A stretch of 64,000 nucleotides of DNA from contig CABMDC010000012.1 of NCBI GenBank assembly GCA_902384795.1, positions 71,970-135,969 of the forward strand, given 5' to 3'. This DNA comes from Candidatus Gugararchaeum adminiculabundum (GTDB lineage Archaea; Micrarchaeota; Micrarchaeia; Burarchaeales; Gugararchaeaceae). Positions within the stretch are counted from its first letter, which is position 1, and every line of letters begins with the position of its first letter. Shown piece after piece: positions 35,815-45,744 of the stretch. The notes under the pieces were generated by a model. The model was not told where the DNA came from and made no database searches. It saw only the letters and a program-made list of their open reading frames with translations. The translations under genes were made by a program, and so were the position numbers.

Positions 35815-36897
35815 ATGGGAGTGCACGAAAAGATCCGCGAAATTGAGGAAGAGATGGCGCGAACGCAGGTCAACAAGGCTACTGAAAGGCATCTGGGCCT
35901 GCTGAAAGCGAAGTTGGCAAAATTGAAAAAAGAGATAATTGGAGGAAAGGGAAGCAAAAAAACAGGAAGCTCGGGATTTGACGTAAAAAAAAGCGGTGAC
36001 TCGACAGTTGTCCTGATTGGATTGCCGAGCGTGGGTAAAAGCACAATCCTGAACAAGATGACAAAGCAGCAGTCTAAGGTCGCTGCCTATGCGTTCACAA
36101 CTCTCACAGTGATCCCGGGAATTTTCGAGTATAAGGGAGCAAAAATCCAGATTCTGGATTTGCCGGGAATCATCAGCGGCGCGAAAGAGGGCGCTGGACG
36201 CGGAAGGGAAATTCTGTCAGTTGCAAGAAGCGCGGATTTGATTATGATAATTCTGGACGTGTTCCACCCGAACATCAAAACCATTCTGGACGAGCTGGAA
36301 GGATTCGGGATCCGCCTGAACCAGAAGCCGCCCAATGTGGTGATTACGAAAAAGCAGAAGGGCGGAATCACTGTGAACCGCACGGTGAAGACCACGAAAT
36401 TGGATGACAAAACAATTGAGGATGTCCTTGGGGAATACGGGATGCACAGCGCGGACGTGGTTATCCGCCAGGATGTTTCGGTCGATGAATTCATTGACGT
36501 GGTGGTGGGAAACCGCGAGTATATTCCGGCAATCACCGTGCTGAACAAGGTGGATTTGGTGAGCAGGGATTATTTGAAGCAGGTAAAATTTTCCTATCTT
36601 CCTGTCGCTGCCGAGAAAAATTTCAACATTGACAAGCTGAAGGATGCGGTTTATGACGGGCTTGACCTGATCCGCGTTTACACAAAACCCAGGATGGGGG
36701 AGGCGGACATGAAAGAGCCCATGATTGTGCGCAGCGGAATTACGGTGGCGGAATTCTGCGACCGGCTGCACAGGGACCTGAGAAAAAATTTCAAGTACGC
36801 GCAAATTTGGGGAACGAGCGCGCGGTTCCAGGGGCAGAAAGTCGGCATTGAGCACAGGCTTAAAGACGGGGATATTGTGACGATTGTAGCAAGATAA
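35815..36897 (+). CDS. DRG/OBG-family GTP-binding protein with TGS domain
   Basis: TQVNKATERH, GLPSVGKST, YAFTT, DLPG, NKVD and C-terminal TGS domain. Confidence 0.95.
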   Translation: MGVHEKIREIEEEMARTQVNKATERHLGLLKAKLAKLKKEIIGGKGSKKTGSSGFDVKKSGDSTVVLIGLPSVGKSTILNKMTKQQSKVAAYAFTTLTVIPGIFEYKGAKIQILDLPGIISGAKEGAGRGREILSVARSADLIMIILDVFHPNIKTILDELEGFGIRLNQKPPNVVITKKQKGGITVNRTVKTTKLDDKTIEDVLGEYGMHSADVVIRQDVSVDEFIDVVVGNREYIPAITVLNKVDLVSRDYLKQVKFSYLPVAAEKNFNIDKLKDAVYDGLDLIRVYTKPRMGEADMKEPMIVRSGITVAEFCDRLHRDLRKNFKYAQIWGTSARFQGQKVGIEHRLKDGDIVTIVAR

Positions 36898-36909
36898 AAA
36901 TTACAATAG

Positions 36910-36996
36910 GTAGCAACACCCGCAAATGCGGCGCGCCTTCCCGGAAAGGCGCGGTTTGCGCTCGGGCGCAAACCTGGAGCCGCGCGGTGTTGCTGC
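36910..36996. other. GC-rich multi-hairpin intergenic element, copy 1
   Basis: Outer stem GTAGCAACACC/GGTGTTGCTGC enclosing three hairpins; same architecture as 59324-59408. Confidence 0.65.
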
Positions 36997-37066
36997 GAAA
37001 ACTGAGGCACACGACAGCGAGCGTGTAGTTGCGAGAAAAAATAATGATGGAAATTTTGGTGGTTGC

Positions 37067-37321
37067 ATGAGCAAGATTGCTGAAATAAAAAAAGTGAAAG
37101 AATGGTGCAAGAAAATCAAGGCTGAAAGAAACCGCGTCTATGCGATTGAAAGAAATCCGTTCCAGGAGGAAATTTCCTGGATGAGAAGGTTCACGAAAAT
37201 AGAAATCGACCGGCCGCAGTCCATTGCCGACAAATATTCGCTTCTTTATGATTCGGCCACTGATTCGCTCTATGAGTACATAAATAATTCCTGGAGAAAA
37301 GTTTCTGAAATAGAATTTTAA
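37067..37321 (+). CDS. Small hypothetical protein (84 aa)
   Basis: GGTGG RBS before the ATG at 37067; followed by a long T-rich terminator-like tract. Confidence 0.75.
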   Translation: MSKIAEIKKVKEWCKKIKAERNRVYAIERNPFQEEISWMRRFTKIEIDRPQSIADKYSLLYDSATDSLYEYINNSWRKVSEIEF

Positions 37322-37370
37322 TTTATTTATTTTCTTGTTTTGTTTTTGATTTATATTTTTTTATTTTTTG
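37322..37370 (+). terminator. Oligo-T terminator region between convergent genes
   Basis: About 50 nt of almost uninterrupted T runs. Confidence 0.55.
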
Positions 37371-37392
37371 AAATGGAAAACGAAAAAGAGAA

Positions 37393-38340
37393 TTAGACGA
37401 GATTGAATGTCACTAGCACATTTGTCCAGTCAACTGAAGAGCGCACTGTCCCTTCCTGAAGCAGAATATAGGGATTGACTCTTGGCGCATCCAGCATGCC
37501 CACGCCCATATCTTTGGGAAGCCTTACTTCGAAATGGAACATTGGGCGGAGATTTTTTGCATTGCCGCTGTTTCCTGTTTTTTGCAATGGAGTGTCAACT
37601 GTGACTTCCTGCCCCTCGGCCGCCAGATTTTCGCCAGCATGCAGGTAGCGGGTGTGGAGGATTCCCTGGATGGGCCCCGCATCGGTGTAAACAGTGACCA
37701 CTGAATCATGATTTACATTTATGTAGTAGCCTGCGTCGGCATCAAAGTGTGCATGGCGCACTTCTCCATCGCGCGCTGCAAAAACTAAGTCGCCTTTTGT
37801 GAGCGCCCAGTCAACTCCTGAATGGGTTTTGCCCTTCCCGGCCCAGGGGCGCGGGCGGCCATAGGCGCCGGTGCGCGAGAGCGGCGGCTTGTCCATGTTC
37901 ATGTCAAAAATTCCTGCATTGAAAAAATCCGGGTTGAATCCACGCGCAGGGAGGATTAGCTTGGGATCTGAAACAATGGTCAAATTGCCGTCGCCTGTGA
38001 GCGAAACTTCACGCTTTGCCAGCATGGTGAACGCCTGGGCATATTCACTTTCTTGCAGGGAATGGCTCGAATCAAGAAGAGGATCGTTTATCATGGGCTG
38101 GTGCGATTTTTCAAGTGAAACCACGAATTTTATTTCAGGCTGTTTTGTTTTTTCGTTTATGCAGATTAGCTGGAGGATTTTTGCATCAGTGACTTCTGGA
38201 AATTCGTTTTTTTCATATTTGCCCATGAATAGGCGGCAAAACTCCAGGGAAGGCGCCGTGGAAAGAAGGGAAATGACATTGGCGCCCGGAGTTTTTCCGA
38301 GAAAATTTCTTGCTGGTGTTGGGTTTTTCAAAATTGCCAT
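37393..38340 (-). CDS. M23-family metallopeptidase
   Basis: HSGVD (HxxxD), VFAARDGEV, GYYINVNH, TRYLH, TGNSG, MFHFEVR and VNP. Confidence 0.85.
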   Translation of the reverse strand: MAILKNPTPARNFLGKTPGANVISLLSTAPSLEFCRLFMGKYEKNEFPEVTDAKILQLICINEKTKQPEIKFVVSLEKSHQPMINDPLLDSSHSLQESEYAQAFTMLAKREVSLTGDGNLTIVSDPKLILPARGFNPDFFNAGIFDMNMDKPPLSRTGAYGRPRPWAGKGKTHSGVDWALTKGDLVFAARDGEVRHAHFDADAGYYINVNHDSVVTVYTDAGPIQGILHTRYLHAGENLAAEGQEVTVDTPLQKTGNSGNAKNLRPMFHFEVRLPKDMGVGMLDAPRVNPYILLQEGTVRSSVDWTNVLVTFNLV

Positions 38341-38475
38341 GGGAATTCACTGTTATTAATTATGTATTAACGAGTATTTAAGCGTGCAGGGATTTCGAAA
38401 CGTTTATAAAGGAAACCAGTTTAAAACCGTGGTTAAGCGACCAGAAAATTAGGCAATACAGAGAGTGTTTAGACC

Positions 38476-39165
38476 ATGTCACCAGTAGCCACTAAAAGTT
38501 CCAGAAGGGAGGTAGTGCCGATCGAGGCGGATTATGCCCCCAGCGAGAACCTTTTCAGGAGCTCCACCGAATGGAGGGCGAAACTTCCCGAGGATGAGGC
38601 CAAGATTTACGATGAGCAGATGAAGGAGCTTGAGCAGCTTTCAGTGCAGCTGAGGGAGCTGAAGGAAGCGCCCCTGGCGATCAGCGAGATGAAAGCGAAT
38701 GAACTCAGCGGGCCCGAGATGCCGGCGGTGATCAAGCCGCCCGCGCCAAACCTGCAGACGCCAAAAGGGCTGGGAGCGGAACTGGGGCCGAGGATAGGCG
38801 CGGCGAAACAGCAGGTTGCGGAGTATGTTTTTGCCCTTAAAATGAAAATCATCGAGCTTGTTGCTAGAATAATGAACGGCGCTTTTGCCAGCAGGAGAAA
38901 GGAGAAGAAAGGCAAGGGGATAAGCGAGCACGGACAGAAAGCCCTGGACCACCTGGTGAGGATTGCGACGGTCCACAATATTGCCATGGAATCAAACGGA
39001 GAAGAGACCATTGATTTCGACATTGCGTTCGGAAAAGCGTATTACGAGATACTTTTCATTTCGCAGAAAGCCGAGCAGGAAGGCCTGGAAGGAAAAGATG
39101 AAAGGAAAAAATACGGCAGGAGATACCAGGATGCGATTGAGAATTTTGCTTCTAAAATTAGGTAG
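38476..39165 (+). CDS. Hypothetical protein
   Basis: 229-aa ORF with typical codon usage and upstream TTTATAAA/TTTAAAA boxes. Confidence 0.7.
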   Translation: MSPVATKSSRREVVPIEADYAPSENLFRSSTEWRAKLPEDEAKIYDEQMKELEQLSVQLRELKEAPLAISEMKANELSGPEMPAVIKPPAPNLQTPKGLGAELGPRIGAAKQQVAEYVFALKMKIIELVARIMNGAFASRRKEKKGKGISEHGQKALDHLVRIATVHNIAMESNGEETIDFDIAFGKAYYEILFISQKAEQEGLEGKDERKKYGRRYQDAIENFASKIR

Positions 39166-39177
39166 AAAAGTAAACGT

Positions 39178-39966
39178 CTAATTTGTTTTTCCCAGTTGTT
39201 TTGACTTTTTAGCCGCAGCCTTGACCGCCTTGGCGATTGTTTTTTTCAGGTTCTTTTTGTCCAGCACCTTTAATCCTTCTTCTGTCGCGCCGCCCGGGGA
39301 AGCGACCATTTTTATCAAATCCTGCGGGGACAGTTCGGCCTCAAGGAGCATTTTTCCTGCGCCTATTGCAGTCTGCGCGGCGAGCTTCAATGCGGTTGCC
39401 CGGTCAAGCCCCAGCTCAACCGCCTGCTCAACCATTCCGTCCACGAACAAATAGAAAAATGCAGGCCCGCAGCCGCTCAGGCCTGTGACCGCATCAAGCA
39501 ATTTCTCATCCACGGGCAGGCAGATTCCTGCCGAGGAAAAAATCTGCTCGACCAATTTCGCATCCTCTTCCTTTGCTTTTTTTCCGAGCGAATAGGCGGC
39601 CGCGCCTGCACCGACCATGAGCGGGGTGTTGGGCATTACGCGCACAATTTTCGCCCTGGGCATCTTTGATTGCAGAAGTTTCAGCTTGATTCCTGCTGCA
39701 ATTGAGATGATTAATTTTCCCTCGGAAGCTCCGGAAATTTCATCGAGCAGGGAATTTATGTCCGCTGGCTTTACTGCGAGAATTGCCACATCGTTCTGGC
39801 TTACGCATTCGGAATTGTTTGTTGAAACCGCTATGCCACGCGAGCGCAATAGTTCTGTCTTGTGGCCTTCCTTGTCAGTGACGGTTACGTCGAATCCGCC
39901 CTTTTCCCTGAGCGCTGTTGCGAGCGCGCTGCCCATTCTTCCTGAACCTATGATTCCTACACGCAT
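39178..39966 (-). CDS. proC: Pyrroline-5-carboxylate reductase
   Basis: GIIGSGRMG, LAVKP, SIAAG, RVMPNTP, LSGCGPAF and VASPGGAT. Confidence 0.97.
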   Translation of the reverse strand: MRVGIIGSGRMGSALATALREKGGFDVTVTDKEGHKTELLRSRGIAVSTNNSECVSQNDVAILAVKPADINSLLDEISGASEGKLIISIAAGIKLKLLQSKMPRAKIVRVMPNTPLMVGAGAAAYSLGKKAKEEDAKLVEQIFSSAGICLPVDEKLLDAVTGLSGCGPAFFYLFVDGMVEQAVELGLDRATALKLAAQTAIGAGKMLLEAELSPQDLIKMVASPGGATEEGLKVLDKKNLKKTIAKAVKAAAKKSKQLGKTN

Positions 39967-40039
39967 GAGAACACCAGAGCCGATTTCACAGGCAATATAT
40001 TAAATACTTTTAAATACCTCCTTTGGCAAATCGACACTC

Positions 40040-40720
40040 ATGGCGACTCGGAAAAGGAGTGCAAGAACAGGAAAAACCGGAATGAAGAAGGGCGAAGAAT
40101 CAGAGAAAACACTAATGCTCGTTGAAACCGAAGCCAAGGACATTGTTGGAATTGAGGATATCAGGAAACTCAAGCAGGCGAGCCAGAAAAGAACTGCCCT
40201 GATAAGGAGCACCAATGTTTCGGAGCATGTGATATTGGGAACCATAGTGGACAGGATGATCGCCCGCATTTATGAGAAGAAACGGGTCGGCTTGGACGAG
40301 GTCTGCAAAGAGCTTTCCATAAATGTGAAGCATGGCGAAAAGATTGCGAAGATGCTAGAGGAGAGCGGGCTGGTGCAGATAAATTACCCGTTTTTCACCC
40401 CCTGGAAAACAATGCTCAAGGCAACCCAGGAGAACATAAGGATGCAGAAGAAAATCATGCGCAATGAAAAGACCGCGCAGGTTGCGCAGGAAATCTCAAT
40501 CGGGCTGAAGCAGCACGGGGAAAAGCTCGCGAGCTCGGAAAAGGAGATTCTTGAAAGAATAAGGAGTATAGAGGAGTTTGCAGCCAGTGCGGCATACCCG
40601 GAGCACACGCAAAAAGTAAATGAAAAAATAAGCGAAATCCATGAGATGAACAGGAAGCTGGATTCGCAGGCACAGGAGCTTGAAAGAAAATTGAGGCTTT
40701 TTGCGCCGCCTAGTTCTTAA
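40040..40720 (+). CDS. Winged-helix plus coiled-coil hypothetical protein
   Basis: TIVDRMI...LDEVCKELSI...IAKMLEESGLVQINY; paralog of 41659-42233. Confidence 0.7.
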   Translation: MATRKRSARTGKTGMKKGEESEKTLMLVETEAKDIVGIEDIRKLKQASQKRTALIRSTNVSEHVILGTIVDRMIARIYEKKRVGLDEVCKELSINVKHGEKIAKMLEESGLVQINYPFFTPWKTMLKATQENIRMQKKIMRNEKTAQVAQEISIGLKQHGEKLASSEKEILERIRSIEEFAASAAYPEHTQKVNEKISEIHEMNRKLDSQAQELERKLRLFAPPSS

Positions 40721-40752
40721 GGTTTATAAATCAGCCCGCCGAATTGTTTCCC

Positions 40753-41625
40753 ATGGAAAATGCAGCCGATGTGCTCTCAAGCATATACTATGATTACATG
40801 CAGAACAAGCTCGGCAAGGGCAACCCGATTGAGAAGGCAGTGGAACAGCTGATGTTTGATTTCGGCGGAAAGGATGTAGATGGGCTGGCAGTTTATGCGA
40901 TTCCTGCCGGGGGCAAAACCCAGTTTAGGTGCGTGACCCTGGACAAAAAAGGGGCGCCGGACCAGAAGGAACAGAAAGAACTGGATGAGTTCATAAAAAA
41001 AAGCAAACCGACCGGCCCTGTCTATTTCATCAGCATGCTCAAGAAAAAAAATGTCAAGAATATGCCGCTTAACCTTGATGAAAAACTCGAGGGCGGAAGG
41101 GGCAACATCATATGCTCTGCAGTGAAAATTTACGGAGAAGCCGGCGCTGGCGAGCTGAAAAAACTCGCACTGGAAAAATTTGAGAGCAAGGCTGCGACCT
41201 GGATCGCGCTCCAGGAATTTTCGCGCTACACCCACCACATGCAGATGATGGACAGGATTTTGGGCGGGCATTTCATCACGGTGCCGGTGGTGAACATGCC
41301 TAAGAAGGAAGCGTTCAATGCCGTTTTCTGGGGAAGGATTGATGAGCGCCCCAATGACAGGAAAAGGAGCATTAGGGTTTATGTGGAGAAAAACGGCTGG
41401 GCTCAGGATGAGGCGCTCAGGGATGCGGTGCAGGAACAATACGGGAAGTATTGCGCCATAGTCGGAGGCAGGGCGAATATCTTTTTCATGACCCCGAGGT
41501 TTATTGACCTGGCAAGCAAGGGGAGAGCAGACGTAATTGATGATGAATATTTCAAGGAATGGGAGACGGTTGACATTTTGACCTGCATGAAGACATCAGA
41601 CCTGAAAAAATGGGAAGACAAGTGA
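40753..41625 (+). CDS. Hypothetical protein
   Basis: 290-aa ORF; no recognised motif. Confidence 0.7.
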   Translation: MENAADVLSSIYYDYMQNKLGKGNPIEKAVEQLMFDFGGKDVDGLAVYAIPAGGKTQFRCVTLDKKGAPDQKEQKELDEFIKKSKPTGPVYFISMLKKKNVKNMPLNLDEKLEGGRGNIICSAVKIYGEAGAGELKKLALEKFESKAATWIALQEFSRYTHHMQMMDRILGGHFITVPVVNMPKKEAFNAVFWGRIDERPNDRKRSIRVYVEKNGWAQDEALRDAVQEQYGKYCAIVGGRANIFFMTPRFIDLASKGRADVIDDEYFKEWETVDILTCMKTSDLKKWEDK

Positions 41626-41658
41626 TTGATTTGGTGATAAAGGAAGAAGAGCAAAAAA

Positions 41659-42233
41659 TGAAGACCGTTGTGGACCTGGTCATCGAGTACGTCCAGAAAG
41701 CGGGCGAAGTGACGGTCAAGGAGATGTCCTCGGATCTCGCGCTTAGCGCAAAGCAGGCCGAGAGGATTGCCAGCATGCTGGAGGAAAGCGGGCTGGTTTC
41801 CATCAGGTATTCGCTCCTTAATCCCGGGAAAACAATCATAGTCAGCAACATGGGAAAGGGGAAAGTTAAGGAAACAGAGGGCGGGAACAGGCTCAAGGAC
41901 TGCGTCAATGAGATAGTCTGCGATATGAGGGAGAACGAAAAGCTCCTGCAGGAAACCGAGGCAGTGATTTTGGAAAGGCTCAGGAAGGTTGAGAACTTGG
42001 TGAACAGGGTCAACACCAGCTCAAAAGCGGATAAAAAAGAGATGGAAACCCTGGAAAAAGAGATGGAAGAGATAAACTGCCTGAAGGGAAAGCTTGATGA
42101 CACTGCCATTGACCTGCAAAGAAGGCTCCAGGCATTTGGCGATGACCTGAAGCTGAAGGATGAGACAAAGAGGAAGCATGAGGGGATTGTGGGGAAGATT
42201 GCGAGCCTGGCAGGAAAAATCAGGAGAAAATAA
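41659..42233 (+). CDS. Winged-helix plus coiled-coil hypothetical protein
   Basis: TVVDLVIEYV...VKEMSSDLAL...IASMLEESGLVSIRY. Start may be further upstream (GTG at 41622). Confidence 0.7.
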
Positions 42234-43214
42234 AATCTTAGAGAAACTAGAACTATTTTTTCGTGAAGTAAATTTAGCAGCTTAGTTTTCCACTTGGGCA
42301 GAATTTTTCAAGATTGCATTTTTGGTTCCAAACTTTTTTTCAAATCTGAATTTTATTTTCAGATCATTTCAAATTAATTTTTTGGGAATTTTAATTGTAA
42401 AAACGCTTTAGAAAAAAGATTGTTAGCAAAACGTAGAGTATTTTTTCGAGAGTGTTTTTAGCGCGTGGATGCACGGACAGCATCTCGTTTTTTGCCATTC
42501 TTTTGCTGCGAAAAGGCTAGCCTTCACGCGCCAAAGTGTGCTGTTGCTGCGAAAGTTTGCAATTCTACGAACGCGAGCGCGTACGCGCGCGTGCGCGACA
42601 ATAATACCATGATTGCGGATTGCCCCTCGTAAAATGGGAAGAGATGAAATTGCCGGAAAATGCAAAAAATTGGTTGGTTCGCATGCTGGTAAACCGAATA
42701 TTCGGCCGGTTACCGATGCAGTAGAACTGAAAATGAAACGCAGCTGCGCTTCCGGATCGCATGGTTTACCGTAATCATGTTGAGCGGCAAAAGTGGATAG
42801 CGCAAGCCGGCCTGTTTGCGCAAAGTGCCCGGAAGCCTGGGAAAATGCGGATGCAGTGTACTGCAATGATGTGTGGACGGAATGCGGTTTACTTAGTTGG
42901 TGAAAACCCCTCGGAGAAATTGCTGGAAAAAATGAGTTTGATGATTTCGCGGATCAGCGTGAGCGCGCTGGGGAAAATAAATCGCACATTGGAAAAAATG
43001 GGAAAAACTAGGAGGTAAAAAATCATATTGAAAAGATATTGTTAGCTTAGCCAAAAGTTTATTTTCACTGAATTTTTCCCCAATTTTTAGCGCGAATTTT
43101 TAATTTTGAATTTTTTCCAAAAAATTGAATATTACGTAAAAATTACGATTTGACCACAAACTTATTAAATGCCCTTTGTGTTTAACTGTGTGGGATTAGT
43201 TGAGGGGTGAAGTT

Positions 43215-44225
43215 ATGCGCGCGAGGACTATCATAGTTGCTGTTTTACTTATTGGAGTGTTCCTAGTGGCATTGAGCTACATAGGTGGCATACACTTGAT
43301 TGGAGGGCCGTCCGCGCTCATGGCAGGGGAAAATGAGGGCATTGCGTGCAAAGGGGATGCGCCTGCGGATTTTTGCGATGGAAACGTGGCTAAATACAAT
43401 GCAACCTGCATAGGGGGCGAGTGGGTATTCCAGGAAGATAAATGCTTCATAAAATGCGAAAACGCCAGATGTGTTGCCTACAAATGCGCTACGGACTGCA
43501 GTGACGGAGACGACTCGACCGCTGATGTGTGCAATATTTTCAATGGAAAATGCGAGCATTATACAAAAGTGAGAGCTGAGGGGCAGGCAACTGAAGCCGC
43601 TGGCATAAAGGCGCCGGGTGGAGTGCTTATTTTCCAGCAGGGGGCCGACAATTCCCTGATTTATGGGGACTATTTTAGGCTTGAATTGCTGAAGGTTTAC
43701 AGGCATTTGGGAACAATCGCGGATGACACTGACTATTTTGTCATTGAACTCAGCGCGCAAAATCTGAACAACAGCGAACAGGAATTCAGGCCGCAGATGA
43801 CGCTCGCGGATGGTTCAGGAATTGAGCACCCGCAGCTGGCAAGGTGTGGGAAGGATGGAGGAGAGATTAAGACCGGAAACCTTGACCCCGGGGAAAAGGT
43901 CGCTGGAAAGGTCTGCTTTGGAAGCGATGTGCATAATTCGTTCCCGCTAAGGCTCTATGTGGGCAAATGGTATGACTACGTCCTCATAACAGATGATTTT
44001 GTGAGAATTGAAAGATCGAAAAGAACAACTACAGATCACCGCGGAGGAGGAAGCAGCGGGGCAAGCACGAGCACTGCGGATACAGGAGACACGTCTGATG
44101 CGGGGGAGAATTGGCTGCCGCCAGCGGATGATAGTGGCACCGATAATGGTGGCGGGGAAGTGGTGCCCATAACGCCCGAGCCTTCGGATTCCGAGGGTGA
44201 GCAGTGGCTTCCTGAAGCCGAGTGA
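43215..44225 (+). CDS. Secreted/surface protein with Cys-rich region, DUF4352-like Ig domain and acidic tail
   Basis: Signal anchor; CSDGDDSTADVC motif; YFVIELSAQN...LADGSG...LDPGEKVAGKVCF; GGGGTGA RBS. Confidence 0.7.
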   Translation: MRARTIIVAVLLIGVFLVALSYIGGIHLIGGPSALMAGENEGIACKGDAPADFCDGNVAKYNATCIGGEWVFQEDKCFIKCENARCVAYKCATDCSDGDDSTADVCNIFNGKCEHYTKVRAEGQATEAAGIKAPGGVLIFQQGADNSLIYGDYFRLELLKVYRHLGTIADDTDYFVIELSAQNLNNSEQEFRPQMTLADGSGIEHPQLARCGKDGGEIKTGNLDPGEKVAGKVCFGSDVHNSFPLRLYVGKWYDYVLITDDFVRIERSKRTTTDHRGGGSSGASTSTADTGDTSDAGENWLPPADDSGTDNGGGEVVPITPEPSDSEGEQWLPEAE

Positions 44226-44265
44226 ATGTTGAACATTTTTATTTGTGCGTTTGCCTGTTAATTGC

Positions 44266-45069
44266 ATGGCAGGTGCGGCGGGCATAGGGAAAATAGTGAA
44301 CGAATTTTACGAGTCCTATCCTTACCCATGCCTGCCTCTGCAGAAGCTGACGGATGTCACCGGAAAAATGCATGCGAACGTGATGGAGGACATCCTCGCA
44401 ACCGCGGGCCTGAAATACGGGGATTTGAAGGGAAAAACCGTGCTGGATGCCGGCTGCGGGACCGGGGAGAAATCGGTCTATTTTGCGCTGTTCGGCGCGC
44501 GCGTGAAGGCTTTTGACTTGTGCAACGCTTCGCTGGAAATTGCGCGGAAAAATGCGGGGAAATTCAATGCAAAAGTGGATTTTGAAAAAGCCGATGTGCT
44601 GAAGTACGAGAGCGAGGAGATGTTCGACCATGTGTTCTGCCTCGGGGTCCTGCACCATACGGAAAATCCGCGCGCTGGATTTGAGAGGCTCGCCCTGCTG
44701 GTGAAGCCAGGCGGGACGATTACCATCGGGCTGTATAGCGCGTATGGGAGATTGCTCCATAGGTTTTTTAGGGAGAAAATTGCGCGCGAGGCTGGCAAGG
44801 GGTTTGAGCAGAGGCTGGAAGTGGCAAGGAAAAAAGTTTTTGGAAGGGAATTCAAGAGCGCGCATGAAAAGGCGTTCGCAGCCGACAAGTACGCGAACCC
44901 GCACGAGAGCCATCACACAATTGAGGAAGTGAAGGGCTGGATGAAGGGAAGCGGATTTGAAATGACCGGTGTGCATCCCGAAGTGAAGGGGAACCAAAGG
45001 CTCGCGCAGCTCCAGTGGTTATTGGGAAGAAAGGGCTTTTTCGTGGTGAGCGGCAGAAGAATCAAGTGA
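44266..45069 (+). CDS. Class I SAM-dependent methyltransferase
   Basis: VLDAGCGTG, GVLHHT and LVKPGG motifs. Confidence 0.92.
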   Translation: MAGAAGIGKIVNEFYESYPYPCLPLQKLTDVTGKMHANVMEDILATAGLKYGDLKGKTVLDAGCGTGEKSVYFALFGARVKAFDLCNASLEIARKNAGKFNAKVDFEKADVLKYESEEMFDHVFCLGVLHHTENPRAGFERLALLVKPGGTITIGLYSAYGRLLHRFFREKIAREAGKGFEQRLEVARKKVFGREFKSAHEKAFAADKYANPHESHHTIEEVKGWMKGSGFEMTGVHPEVKGNQRLAQLQWLLGRKGFFVVSGRRIK

Positions 45070-45151
45070 AACCTAGGCTGCCGGGAATAATTTTTTCACC
45101 AGCAGAATACTGCGGTAACGGTTTTAAACATGGATTGCTCTAAGGGTTAGC

Positions 45152-45691
45152 ATGGATTGGGAGAATCAGGCGGAGATTAAGGGAAAAGACGCTGAGAAGG
45201 AGAAGCTCAAGAAAAGCGTAGCCTCCAGGGGGATTCCGTCCAATGAATCGCTGTACCTGCCTGCGCACTACAGCCCCGAGCTGAGGAGCTTTCAGGATTC
45301 CAATGAAGTTGCCACACGAAATTTGTGGGATTTGGAAGAGGTCGTGAATTTCGTTTTTCCAAAAAAATACCAGCAAAAATACCACGAGGATGCGATGGCG
45401 TTCTTGCTTGTGCTCACCAAAAAAATCACCATGAGCGGGAGTGAAATCCACCAGTTTGTAAAGGAAAGCGGGGCGAGCAAGGCGACATTTTACAATCGTG
45501 TGCTCCCGAGGCTGAAGAGAATTGGGATTATCAAAGTGGAAAGGGTCACGCTGGTGGCGGTGGAAAGCAAGAGGAAATACAGGCCCATGATCATCACCCT
45601 GTCAAAAACTTTTGGCAATTACATGGCCAAGATTGGCGACTCCTGGCTGGCAGCGGTTGATGATGCCAGAAGCAGGAAAGTACGGGAGTAA
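45152..45691 (+). CDS. Hypothetical winged-helix protein
   Basis: SKATFYNRVLPRLKRIGII HTH-wing pattern. Confidence 0.7.
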   Translation: MDWENQAEIKGKDAEKEKLKKSVASRGIPSNESLYLPAHYSPELRSFQDSNEVATRNLWDLEEVVNFVFPKKYQQKYHEDAMAFLLVLTKKITMSGSEIHQFVKESGASKATFYNRVLPRLKRIGIIKVERVTLVAVESKRKYRPMIITLSKTFGNYMAKIGDSWLAAVDDARSRKVRE

Positions 45692-45744
45692 ATGAATAAC
45701 GCTTAGATAAAAAATCAGGAATAAAACAAGTGGGAGTGATTTCA

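Noticed and set aside
36910-36996. SRP RNA, tRNA or 5S rRNA identity for the multi-hairpin elements
   Set aside because: No SRP helix-8 motif, no T/D loops or anticodon arm, and the wrong length.
36926-37066. N-terminal extension of the 37067-37321 ORF
   Set aside because: Overlaps the GC-rich structured element; a good RBS supports the ATG at 37067.
42761-43018. 85-aa ORF in the gene-poor island
   Set aside because: No RBS or motif, atypical composition and in-frame stops just upstream; not supportable as a gene.
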